Notes under the pieces: model-generated
Told to the model about the DNA's origin: nothing
The model's input: only the letters and a program-made list of their open reading frames with translations
The model's database searches: none
Position numbers and translations under genes: made by a program
Shown: positions 51,501 to 64,000 of the stretch, one piece after another
How positions within the stretch are numbered: position 1 is the stretch's first letter
Layout: each line of letters opens with the position of its first letter
Assembly: GCA_001642005.1 (NCBI GenBank)
Contig: LWCA01000016.1
Coordinates: 22,896-86,895, forward strand
DNA length: 64,000 nucleotides
From: Intoshia linei
Taxonomy: Eukaryota > Animalia > Orthonectida
Direction of reading: 5' to 3'

Positions 51501-54500
51501 TGAAAAAGTTGCTTTAAACGATTATGGTTCTTTCTATAATGGAGATTCTTACATTATTTTAAATGTAATAAATTATAACATTTCATGTTTACATGAAAAT
51601 AATTGTTGACCTTTATATTTTGACCAAATTTATCATCTGTGTATTTCATGTAAAAAATAAATATATCTAAGGGTTAAACACATTAATAATTTAAACATAA
51701 TTTTACTTGAAATCTCCAACATAGGCAGTGTTCAGTGAACACATAATGTTAAATATAAATTACAATTATAATAGTTATTAAAAATATAATTTAGTATAGA
51801 AAATAACAAATAATAATAAATAAAATACAAATTTTTTCTACCCCACCTAAATATCTCCAGCGCCCCTGGGTAGGCGCTACCACCCACGTTAGGAATTACT
51901 GATTTAAATGTACACAAACGAATGCTATAACAATTTTACCAGACATCTTTGAGTAGCGCTCATTTAACTATGTAGTATAAAGTTCAATTCCAATGTACAC
52001 TAGTACACTAATTTTTAAATAATTTTAAATTTTATAACATTTGTAGGCGTTCAAAAATGAATCAGATCGCATTGAATACGATGTACATTTCTGGATTGGA
52101 AAATATAGCACTCAGGTTTAAATTTGGTTACATTTAATTACATGTATGTATGTTAATATACATAATATTAATAATTTTCATATATATTAATTATTATGTA
52201 CATTTAAATTGTACATTGTATGACATATGATATACGTTGTATGTATTGTCTTTTTTGTGGTCCATTATAATGGGCTATAATTATAAGCTATTTTTGATTG
52301 GATTTATTACAGGACGAATACGGTACAGCAGCATATAAAACTGTGGAATTAGATAATTATTTGGACGATGTACCGATTCAACATCGAGAAGTTCAAAATC
52401 ATGAGAGCAGTTTGTTTTTGAGCTATTTCAAGTCACTCACGTAATCCTTAATAGCAGACATGAATAAAAACCAATGATAACAAAAATAATATAATTTTAG
52501 CATAATGAGAGGTGGAACAGACAGTGGTTTCAGACACGTTGGTGCAAAAGAATATATCCCGAGATTATTGCATTTTTCAGGGTTACATAAGAATATACTT
52601 GTCAAAGAGGTATCATTAGTCAACAAATTGATGAACACAGTTATTCTAGATTCCAAAAAATTATAAACTTATTAAACACGACGATGTATACATTTTCGAT
52701 AAAGGTAAAGAAATTATTCAATGGAATGGTACAGATTGCAACAAGGACGAAAAATTCAAGGCATTGAGATTCATTGGGGAAATTAAAATGGAAAGAAATG
52801 CATCATCTAAAGTTATTGATGATAATCCACATGAAAATAAGGAATTTTTTTCAATGTTGACCGAAAATGATGAAGATGAAATTGATCACAAAATTAATAT
52901 AGATGAAAAATCTAATGTTCTTTATAGGTAAATAGTATTGTATGATTACATTCATTATTGTGTAGCCCATGGTTATTGAACTATTTTTTAAATTCAGCAC
53001 TCCTGTAAAAAAATTAAAAAAGATACCTTAATTATATATTATGAAAAATATTAATATCTTTATTGGAAATATGCAGACGTTCAATGAACATTTTTTTTGA
53101 AATTGTAGGATCAATATTTATTTTAATCGAAATATTGGTTGATAATATATTAAAAATTAATTTTCACCGGGAATGCGTAGATTTCTGGAGTTGAAATTTT
53201 AAATTATAAAGCTGTTTTCATAAAAAAAAGGGTAATTTGAGGTTTTGGTCCTAAAGATATAATTTTTTTAAATTTTATTTAAATCATAATTATTAAAATA
53301 AACTGGAACACACACACAAACAAATATTGCTTAGCATATTATGTAAGTAAGGATAAATTGTGGGATAGTGTTTAAAATCATAAACATTATCATAAATTGC
53401 AAGCTCAAAAAATACATTTTCATGATTAAAACCTCAAATTACCTTTTTTAAAAAAAATGAAATAAATATTCAGTCTATTTGTATAAATAAATAAATTTAA
53501 TTTTTTTATCAAATTTGTTACTCAAAATGTAAACAATAAAAAGTTTTTCTAGAACCTTGAAATTTATTCCAGAACCCGGTTAAGAAACATTGGTGTAGCC
53601 CACATCAACCAGGGACCAGGGAGTGTTCACTGTATAAGTATTATAATACCATAATTATATAAACCATTATTTTGGTATACGGTTCCTTCTATTACAGGGG
53701 TCGCAAAATTTATCCATATGAATCGATGTGTCAATGAAACATATATGGGGAAATGACATGAAATATTGAAAAAAATCCATAAAGAGGGGTTTCGAACAAT
53801 TATTTTTGGTTGTTTAGAATAAAAATTTCAAATTAAATGTAATACAATTTAATTCTGCTTTTAGGGAAATTTTATTAGATAATATTTAATTATAATACTA
53901 AAACATTTATAATACTCGCACAACTACATAAATATATACCAAATTCTTATTAACAATATTTTAAATAAAATGTATAGAGGAAACATTTTTATTTTTCATT
54001 TACTGGAGTTGAAAATTCGTCAACTACAGTCAGTATTTTTTCAGTAAAATTGAATTATTTTTTGTAATTACATCATAAAAACTATCAAAAATTAGCGTAA
54101 TTTTTGTACAGAAGACAAATATTTGCCATTTGCGTTTTAAGCGTCATTGGGAATCTATTTTTCAAATGGGTGTCACTAAGAAAAAAGTTCAGCCATATTT
54201 GTGATATATTTTATTTTATTAGTGCTTTTTTGATATTGATAGTAGCATAATATTTAAGACTTGATATAACTACATTATATTAAAATTCCCTGATGCTAAT
54301 GATATAATTAATAATATCACTCGTCATCAAAAATTTTTGTAAAAAAAGAATGACAAATTTTAAGGTTGAGTCAAAAAAATAACCATGTAAAATCACTATT
54401 TATTGCTAACATATATATATCTTTCGGAAATATAACATTTCTCACTTCAAATTAATTAATTTAATAATAAATAATAGAATATCTGATGCAAGCGGTAACA

Positions 54501-54825
54501 TAGTTGTTGAAAAAGTCAAAGAAGGAGTTACAATTACTAAAGACAACATTGATGATATGGTAATACTAAACTAAGTGCCAATAAATTAAACATAGGATGT
54601 ATTCATACTGGATAAAGCCTCTTCGTTATACGTAATAAAAGGAAAGAACGCATCAAACATGGAAAAAAAAATGGGATTGGCTCACGCTCACGTAAGAAGT
54701 TAGAAATAAATAGACGATATCAATTTTAGAATTTTCTCAAAGATTCGCAAAACCCTTACAAAAGCATAACAGTTTTTGATATGAAAATGCATCAAAATCG
54801 AATAAATGCGGTTCTATCAGGTTAA
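48588..54825 (+). CDS. Gelsolin/severin-like actin-severing protein (invertebrate 3-domain type; multi-exon)
   Basis: MSG|[32 protein letters not shown]| (ends 48831), [19 protein letters not shown] (51490), [13 protein letters not shown]|[42 protein letters not shown]; TAA at 54825. Confidence 0.9.
48892..50197 (-). CDS. FAU: Fubi-ribosomal protein eS30 fusion (3 coding exons), nested in a gelsolin intron
   Basis: Ubiquitin-like domain ending RLRGG, then [18 protein letters not shown]|[30 protein letters not shown]. Confidence 0.95.
49446..49562 (-). ncRNA. Candidate intronic H/ACA snoRNA in FAU intron 1
   Basis: Hairpin TGATG..TCCATGGTT/AACAATGGA..CATCA, H-box-like AAAATA, hairpin AGCTG..CAG/CTG..CAGCT, then 14 nt, then ACA. 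Confidence 0.5.
50470..50925. mobile_element. Fold-back MITE-like palindrome
   Basis: gtcatgtttggttgttcactttgcatatttaaattcaattcta (50618) is inverted at 50738-50780, with degenerate pairing further out. Confidence 0.7.
52968..53592. mobile_element. hAT MITE with a perfect TSD and a nested Helitron fragment (~53060-53353)
   Basis: GTGTAGCC at 52960-52967 and 53593-53600; degenerate TIRs; A|TCCTTAC Helitron end at 53353. Confidence 0.75.
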
Positions 54826-54876
54826 GTTAACATTTTTACAATACATGTACTAATTTAATGTAATTTTAACAATAAA

Positions 54877-56619
54877 TTAATAGTATAATGATCTATTTGG
54901 ATATTCTCTTCTTTCCAATTTTTTAACATTGTAAAATATGTCTCGATTGACTATAACATTATGTGACTTTTTGAGGTGAGGTTTCATCGTGTACATTTTA
55001 TCTAGGCCAAGTCGTTGTCGAGTTAAACAATTTATAATTTCAAAAATTGGTAAAATATTAAACCCATCAATCTGTCCATCCTGAGATATCTTATTGTATA
55101 ATTTCATTTTTTCACCTATCCAAAACAAATTTTGGCACTTGGTGTGTTCTGCATTGCGCCAGAGTTGAATGTCATTTAATTGAAATCTATACGGTTGTAT
55201 ATATTTTCCATCAAACATGAATGCTGATACGGGCAATGGATTTATTAGTTGAGTGAAACTGTTGTAACCTAAAAACTAATTAATACAAGACTTGGTGGTT
55301 TATTTAATTTCCATTACCGAAATTGTAGCATGTAGCAAAAGTGCTAATAAAACATGATAATAACGTCTTATTATTCCATAGATATTTTTGATATTTTTCC
55401 ACTGCCGCTTGTGTTGTACCGTCCATGTGATAACCTTTCATTTCTTTAAGCGTTTTCATCATTTCCAAGCTTTCGACATTAAATATAGAAAGTGTGCATT
55501 CGTATGGATCATGAATTTTTGTACCTATCAAATATCATTAGTAAAAACTTTGAAACCCAAAAACTACTCCGCGAAAGCATTTCTTACATATCTGAAAAGT
55601 AAATAACTGGTTTCTAATTTTTTTTTAGTCAGAATATCTACGTTTACGAGTGATATTGGTAAAAGTGTATAAACCTGTGTTAATAAATTTCCGATTGTTT
55701 TCCTTTTTTATGTCAAACATGGACGGTTGATATTTTTCATAATTTTGAAAAGATTCCATTTTAGGCAATTTGTCAAATTGCACAAACTAAAAGATGTAAT
55801 CATCTCGACATGCAAAACTAATAAATTTAAAATTACCGGTAAAACAGGACTAGTACTCTTAAAAACAAAATCTTGACTAGAGGTGACACTAAAAGAAGTA
55901 AACTTTTCAATGTCATTCTTTTCTTCAAAATGAGAAATTAATTTATCAAAAAAAGCATGACATTTCAGATTCTCATAAGCCGATACATTTTCAATAAAAC
56001 TGGAATCTTTACACAATTCAATGTATACAAAATTTAAAATTCTACTTAAAAGTCGTTTCGAAAAATCATATTGTTGCATTTCTTTCAAACTGCAAACGTT
56101 TTCGGATGACAGGTTTGTCAAATGATTAATTTTTGTATATTCTTCTGAAATCATATTGGAAATTTTATCACTCAATTTAGAATACTTCAATTTGATTGTA
56201 TCGTCAGTATCATTTACCCATTTTTGTGTACTAGTGTTTGTTAAAAATTTGGTGTATTTGTAAGTCTGTGGCCACAAATTTTTGTCATTAAGAATGTATT
56301 CATTTTGAACTTCCAGTTGATCAATCAGTTCAAGTCTATCCAATACTTGGGGAAACGATATCAATTTTTGAGAATAATTGTAACATGACCAAGCGTCTTT
56401 CTCAGACAAGTCTTGAAAGTTACCGGGAGGGTATTTTGACTGTATTTCTTTGTACATGTTTCGCTCCGAGTAGTTTTCATTGTATAAAGATAAAAAATTT
56501 GGATACGTTCGCGTTTTAACTTTATATCTGTTTCTTTTACGGTACCTTTTTGCTATACTTAGCATTTGGTTCAATTTTATCATTTTGATTATAGTTAGTA
56601 ATAATTTAACTTTATTCAA
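54877..56619 (-). CDS. MRPS30: Mitoribosomal protein mL65/MRPS30-like (PDCD9 family; multi-exon, start uncertain)
   Basis: C-terminal GYNSFTQLINPLPVSAFMFDGKYIQPYRFQLN..NLFW resembles the mL65/mL37 motif; basic N-terminus. Confidence 0.6.
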
Positions 56620-57469
56620 AAGATTAAATATGAAAAATTAAAGATTTTTAATGTTTCAGTGTTAGCGATTACAATTCATCGGTCTTTCGTATTTTAGAGC
56701 CAATAATTTGAAGATTTTATATAAACTTTATTGAAAAAAATAAAATTTTGTTTCTTTGTTAACAATATACATCAGTTATGGCAAAAGTTGTTTTAGTGTA
56801 CAAATACACAAGATAAAAATTCACACTTGACGTATTTTCTAATTTTATCGATAATTTATTTCCAATTGTTATAAAATTGTATTTTATACTAAAAATAATA
56901 TAAATTTTAATCAAATACCAAGAAAGTGCAGAAAAAGGAATGACAATTAATCAATGAATTAAAAAATACATAATTAATGTTTAATTGTTACAATACGCTT
57001 ATTAAATGGTTACATTATATTAAAACAATCTGTATAAGATTTTAAATCTATAATAAAAACTTTTTTAAAAAAATATATCCTTATCGATAATACTTTGCTA
57101 CATGGGCTGAACATCTCCATTTATAACCATCTATACACAACTTTTTGGAAAAAACATCTGCCGGTTGCATAATGGACATACCTTACATGAACTCATTAGA
57201 CCAGTGGTTCTCAACCCGTGTTCCGCGAAATTTAATTGGGGTTCCGTAAAATATAAATGCGATATTTTTCAAGTTTTTCTAAATTACTGTTGTATGCAAT
57301 GAAACAACATCATTTCTCAAATTTAAATCAAAAAAGTATTATACGTGGTGAGTATGAGAACCTGAAAATGATGTTCAAAAGTAAAAATCACTCAGATTAT
57401 GTCAAATGTCAAGAAAAATGAATCGGAATATACAATAATTAAAAAGATTTGGAAATTTTAATATACAAA

Positions 57470-60400
57470 TTATAAAATAACAGTAGGTAGTTTCTGAACA
57501 GAAGAAATTTTGTCGCCTAAACTGAGCGCTATACCCTAAATAAAAAAAATTAACAAATATTAACAATTTTAGTGATTTCTAGAATTCACAAACTGATCAA
57601 AACACCCGTACAAAAATAACAGGAAAATGACAAGTATATGAAAATTTAAAATTGACAATGAGATAAATCTATTGTCTAAAACATTCCACCAACGTCAAAA
57701 TCATATTTTTTTGGTATTTAAAATATTCATTGTGTCGTGGTTTATAAATTACAACACTTAATAAGAAAATAAATTATATTTGCACAAAATAAAAAAATAC
57801 CTGGGTTTTGGCTCGTATTCGTACATGTCCATAAACTGGAAATAAATCATTACCAGAAGTAATTTTATTCTCAATACTCAAATTGGCGAGTATATCGTCG
57901 CCTGAGGCAGTCTTTGCGTACAAATTAGCTGTTAGAAAATTACATTTGCCTTTTAAAGCCTAAATTAATCAATATCATGTAATATCATGGTTTTATTAGA
58001 ATCATTTCCATCATCAACGAATTTTATCATAAAGCCTAGACAACCGCTAAATAATTATTTCAAAAATCCGTCTTTTATATCACACCACCACAAAAATGTA
58101 ATATTTAATAAAAAATACCCCTTCAAGTCTTTTATGTAAAAATCCCCTTTTCCCGATATTTTTTTAAAATAGATTTAAAAAATAGCATTTTACAAAAATC
58201 TCTTAATCAAACCACAAAATAAAAAATAAAATTTTAGCTATCATTAAGTCTTAACTTAAGGTCAAAAATACGTTTCGGATATTTTTTTAAATATTCGATT
58301 TTAGCGACTATGAAGGAAAAATATGAACAAATAAATAATTAATTTAATTATTTCACTAAATTTAACAATAAAATTAAATTGTTTTTTTGTTGATTTTAGA
58401 ATAATAGGAATTATTAAATTGGTCAGTTTATATTCTTGATACATGCTTATATAATTTTGATTAAGAATATAAAAATTACTGATAATAATACTAATAACAC
58501 TTTGTGGGCGAAAAATATACTCAATTTCTATAAAATTGGGGTTGTTATGATTTCTCACTATTACGAGCTTCTATCATATCGGATTGTCTAAAACAGCGGT
58601 GCTCAACATACTTTGCAGTTGGTACCCCATAAACGAAAAAAAAATATAATTTGGTACCCCACAATAATTTCTATTCATTGTAATTATGATACCATGTGAA
58701 TTAAAAAAATCAAATAAAATATTTAGTTAAACTCTACTTCATCAAAAATAGATACATAAATGTATTATGAAATTTTAAAAATATTTATAATTTATGAATC
58801 ATAAAGTGTGAGTCATAGGATGAGACGAACTGGTACCCCAAAATAATTTATGGTACCCCTAGGGGGTACCAATACCGCATTTGAGAACCGCTGGTCTAAA
58901 GATATACAGTGACTCGTCAATAATGATTTTTTTTAATAGTGAATAATTGTGACTACGCCATTGTGAAGATTATGGAAGTTCATTTTTTTTCAAATTGATT
59001 ATAATGAATTTAGAAAAAATGGTTTTTAATTTTGATATTATTTATTTTTTGACAAAATATTTGTGGTATTCTTTTAAGGCAAAATTTTTTCATCCCATTT
59101 TTAAAGATTTTGAAGATAATTTTGGGTCCCCAATTTGATAGAATTTTTAAATTAAGTTTTTTTAATCATTTTGAAGATAATCTTAGGTCTAAAATTTTGT
59201 AGGGTATTTAAGGGAATATTGTAGCGTTAGTGATAAAAACCACATTTTAATTTGATATAATCTCTATTCTATTCATACGAGACACAAGATTCAAGATTCA
59301 ATTAAATATATAATTTAACAGACACTTAACAATATATTTTATTGTCAATTAAACAGAAATCATACTACAAATATTTTTAAGGGTCTTCAAATCTTTAAAA
59401 ATTGGGTGTAAAGATTTTTATGGTTACTATTCATGGCGGATTCAAGGGGAGCAGAAGGTGCAGTTGCACCCCTATCATACAATTATACAAATTACTGTAC
59501 AATTAATCGAAAGCTGAAATTCTAATTTGTTTCCACAATATTCAATAACTTTTAATTATTTTGGCAACATTGCCAATCACCACATGTAAATGTGAACGCT
59601 CTATTAGCATTTTGAGAAGATTGAAAACCTTTTTAAGGTCAAAAATAACTGGTAATCGTCTATGTGGACTAATCCTCATGAATTACCACTATAACTATAA
59701 TTTTGATATTAAAAGTTTGGTTAATAAATTTGCAATATTTCATCTAAGAAGACTGGACCTAATTGATTTAGGATTATTTAATGAACAAAATTAATTTCTC
59801 TTTTTTTGTGCTTTTGTATTTTTGCGAAAAAATACAAATTTGGAAACTATTGTATAACAACCTTTAAATGAAATTAAAAGAGACGCTTTAAAATCAAACT
59901 AGACGCCCCTAAAAATTTTTTCGTCTTCGGCGAAGTTAAATATATTACAAAATTCTGCGAATCACTAGCGTCTTTGTATTCGGTTTACATTTTACAAATT
60001 AGTCATTTATATATATTTAAAAATTTACTGGTACCAGCAAATAAACCATCATTGATGACAGACGTCTGAAACTTTATAAACAAAAGTTTCAAAATAGTAA
60101 ATTTTACATACAAAAAGTGTTAAAACCACCAAATTATTTCATACTATTCTAGGGATTAATTAAAATTTAAATAATAACTAAATATTACACTTTGCGGAGT
60201 TAAACATTTTAAATTGGTACATTTTATCAAATGTTGAAGATAGTCAAAAGGCTCACAAATATTTGTATTGACATTAATTTTATTTTCCCATTCAAAATCG
60301 ATCCACATTTTACGAAACGCTTCATCATCACAAAAAGCTGGAAGAATATAGTCCATAACTTCAACATTAATATCATTTAAAATGATAATCATTTGCTGAT

Positions 60401-63400
60401 TATTCAATCGAGCAACACCGTAAACAATATTTCCATAGATGGTACAATTTTCGGTAGAAAGAATCTTCATAACATAAATTAAATTTGCATAACTTTTTGG
60501 TCCAATGGAAACAGAATTAGATTTATCAACCAACTTTAAATTTCCAGCACTAGCCAATTCAACAGATAAATTTGAAAGGGTATCATCTGTCTGATTAATA
60601 ACTAATATATCTAGAATAACATCGTATCTGTTGAGATGAACATACGCTTCACAATAAACTGGATCAGAAAACCCTGTCAATTGTTTAATTTTATTCAATT
60701 TAGACAATTCTTTAACATCGTCTGTATCAGTATTTCCGACAGCTTTGATAAGTGTCGCATCAAATTGATTTTCTAATGACATATTTAAATTTCTATTTAG
60801 TTGATTAAACTTTATGCGATGGCCAATGGCTTTAGCTTCAGGTAATTTAATAATTTGTTTCGTTTTCTCGTGCAATGAAGATTCTTCGATAAATTGTTTA
60901 AACGCATGTCTAAAAATATCCAAAATGTTGTCCACAGAATTAGAGTTATCTGAATCCATTTGATCTTGAATAAATTTCAAACAAAAACCAATAATATCCA
61001 AATCTGCGTTTAGTATAGGAATTTTAGAGAAAGGACTCATTCCAAATCTAGCAATAGAAATAACTGTCAACATTAAATCAACAGAAAAGGAGTAAAGTTG
61101 TTTAGATGGAATATTTTCAATTTTTTTAAATTTCAAAGTCATTTTAATAAAAGCAAAACACAAATTTGTGACAATCTCGTAATCACCGTTAATAAAGTAA
61201 GTTCGGAATACTGGAACGTCTTTAGATTTGAAATCGTTTTTAGATGTAGTAAATGCACTTTGAGTGGCATAACTCCCGTCAGCTGAAATTACATTTTTAG
61301 TAGGTACATTTTTAGGTGGCAATTTTGGAAGTATTTCTGGTTCCAGGGTATCATCGTGAATGAACTCGTCCAATATTGGAATTGTACCAATGCAGTTTTT
61401 TATAACTTCTACAGCTTTTAAAATTACTTGCTTTTCAGATACAAACTCGCCAATAATCCAAATAGCAGTTGAATGAACATTGGAAGACAACATGTCCGGC
61501 AAAGCATCCAGTAAAAGTTTAATCAAATAACTCTTTATCTGCGGAATTTTTTCCATCAACTCTCTCACAAATCCCAAAACTTCTAGGGACGTGTCTGGGT
61601 TCATGTCTGACAAAAACTCAACAAGAGTAGAAACTACGGTATTAGCAAATTCAGGGTATTTTAAGCAAGAAAGATGTAGAGTTTTCACTAACAAATGTTT
61701 ATATTTTGAATTATAGGACACATCTGAAGAGCCAATTTTTATATACTCTTTTTTTAGAAAAGTTATAATGTGACTGATGCTTCGAGAACTAACAAGTTCC
61801 AAAATAATATCCAATGATTTGCGTTTAACATCAATGTTGTCACATGACAAAACTGGCAAAAAATCTAATACACATTCTTTCAAAAGCTTGAAAGCATTCT
61901 TATCACCAATTAAATCGATCACTCGGTCCAAGCAGATCAATTTTACATTATAATCATTTGACGTTACGACTAAATCTATAATTGTTTTTAAAATGTGCTT
62001 TATAACTTGTCTTGAATTTACCATTGTCGATAAAATTACCACAGATTGATATCGTACGGTAGAACTACGAGAATTTAATAGACTGTAAATATATTTGATG
62101 AATTTAGATCTATAAGTCATATTGTGCAATGAAATTTTGTAGATAAATTCAATTATCAGTAATTGCAATAATTCGTCGAATTTTAATATTCTATGAGAAT
62201 TTAGATTCAAGTACTCTACAGTCAATTTCTCGTCCATTTTCATTAAAACCATGAAGGCTTCAATTATGCAAGAATTGTCGTTTTCTTTTTTTAAAAATGA
62301 AAATACCGTCTTGGGTGCTTCAGGCATTAAGTATGGGAATTTGGAATAGATTTTGTAAATTGCTAAAACAGCGTTTCGTCGAGCGTAAGGGTGCGGTTTT
62401 TGTAAACATGAAATTACGGAGGGGATGAGTGGTTCAATCAATTCAGTTTCATTTAATTTGCAAAGAAAACGTAGAATATGACCACAAACAAATTCATTTG
62501 GGTGGTTTATATCCTAAAATATAAAATAATAAATATTAAGTCACATTTAATCATGACGAATGGGGGGAGTGACTATTATGAATGAAGTAACAAAAATTAC
62601 CTTACGAAACGCATCACAGACCAAAATCATTTCTGGTATCATTTTGCCATCTGCATCGTATTTGGGCCAAACTTCCCAAAAAATATTCAGCAATTTTTTA
62701 ATGACATGATTTTGAACCGGCATAACAAATTGAATAATCGACATGAGTAGCTTTGGGTATTTTTCTCCAGATAATGTTACTTTAATTAACGTTTTTAAAG
62801 CATCAATTCTTTGGTAAGTTGATCCATTTTCTAGAATTATTCATAAATAATGACATGATGAACAATGTTATTTAATACTGAACGGGTTTAGTGGAGACCC
62901 CTACACATATAATCCATTAGTACAATGTATAAAAAAAAATTTTAATCGTATTTAACCCTCACCCAAAAATTTTTAAGAATTTGGTTAACAATTAATATTT
63001 CATTATTTTGGTTTTTATAAAGCTCTATAAATATATCGTTTAATATAAATTTTAGTCGCTGAATCAATCATGGTGAAGGTATTTTGTACGGTGGGGTTTA
63101 AACGTCAATAATTTTTTTAAATTAAGTTTTCATATAAATTTAGAGTAAATCCTTATTTTGAATAATTCCTAAAGAAATATAAATCATATCATCTTAAAAA
63201 GGATAACATCCAATTTCACTTTGGATGTCTATTATTTATAAATGTCAAAGAATCTGTCTGTAATGTACATATCTATGTATACTATTTTTAAAAATAAAAT
63301 TTAAAATAACCAAATATTAGTTTAAATTCGTTTTCGGTAGTTATGTCCTTTTGGTTTTCCATTTTATTAGAAATAATAGTATAACAAGCATCCTCTTGAA

Positions 63401-63422
63401 CCAATTCGTTTAGTTTAACCAT
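57470..63422 (-). CDS. COPB1: Coatomer subunit beta (multi-exon)
   Basis: MVKL..ACYTII; [12 protein letters not shown]; [12 protein letters not shown]; [11 protein letters not shown]; [15 protein letters not shown]; [11 protein letters not shown]; [10 protein letters not shown]|[10 protein letters not shown]. Confidence 0.95.
58594..58893. mobile_element. hAT/Charlie-like MITE in a COPB1 intron
   Basis: TIRs CAGCGGTGCTCAA / TTGAGAACCGCTG; TSD gtctaaaa / gtctaaag. Relative at 13662. Confidence 0.85.
59431..59970 (+). mobile_element. Internally deleted hAT element retaining the dimerisation-domain remnant
   Basis: [31 protein letters not shown]; terminus-like CATGGCGGATTC. Confidence 0.75.
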
Positions 63423-64000
63423 TTACGTTATAATTATGAATGTAACCTTCTTAATATATTTCTATGACTAGATATGACGTGGAATAAACAAATGTACCGA
63501 ATGTAATAAAGTAGGTGTGATATTATCACTATCGTGTCTGCTGAAATTTGGAAATCCTTTATTTATACTTCTGTATGTGAACGCTAGGGAAGATTTTAAA
63601 CAGTTTATGATTAACATTTCTGAACCTTGGTATTATATAATATATTTCTAGCAAACAAAAATTTTTTTAATTCTACAAAAAATTAATTCAACAATAAAAT
63701 CTTACATAAAAATTCTACTATTCACTATAACCAATCCTTTAAACTTTAAATTATAGAGCAGGCACTGCCTACCCAGAGAAAATTGAAATTTTAAAATTAC
63801 ATTCTTGAATTTATCATAACTATTTTGTATGATAAATTTAAAATATCAATTAATTATAATTAATTATTTATTAAAAAAGGACAAAATTAGATTAAAGTTG
63901 CATTTTTATCTTAAAATGTTGTCTCGCATTGAATCATTACAATTTTCGACATTTTCCATTATCCATACATGTTAAGATGACAAGATAAATTGTCTTCTTT

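Noticed and set aside
63470-64000. Possible gene upstream of COPB1
   Set aside because: No consistent reading frame or motif could be established at the window edge.

Overview
Very AT-rich eukaryotic (animal) genomic DNA from a compact genome. Introns fall into two classes: many ~33-50 nt GT-AG introns and a few kb-sized introns filled with transposons. This fits a reduced parasitic metazoan such as an orthonectid, but that is an unverified inference. Spliced genes reconstructed by eye, in order: ANKAR-like ARM protein, DNAJC25, CPSF6, two tandem ZnT1/SLC30A1-like zinc exporters, a CYB5R4-like cytochrome b5 fragment, ZIP7/SLC39A7, two intronless MBOAT paralogues, a gelsolin/severin-like gene, FAU (Fubi-eS30), MRPS30-like and COPB1. 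Repeats include a non-autonomous Helitron family (A|TC...hairpin-CTAG|T), hAT MITEs with 8-bp TSDs, a decayed long-TIR DNA transposon and fold-back elements. Main highlights: (1) FAU lies antisense inside a gelsolin intron, and its own intron carries H/ACA snoRNA-like hairpins; (2) the MBOAT tandem duplication has a head-to-tail [Helitron + gene] x2 layout suggesting Helitron-linked duplication; (3) a zinc-transporter neighbourhood with an altered ZIP7 metal motif and an intron difference between the ZnT paralogues. Four single-N gaps (33705, 33898, 34861, 37119) mark a locally unreliable assembly. Exon coordinates are hand-derived and approximate.
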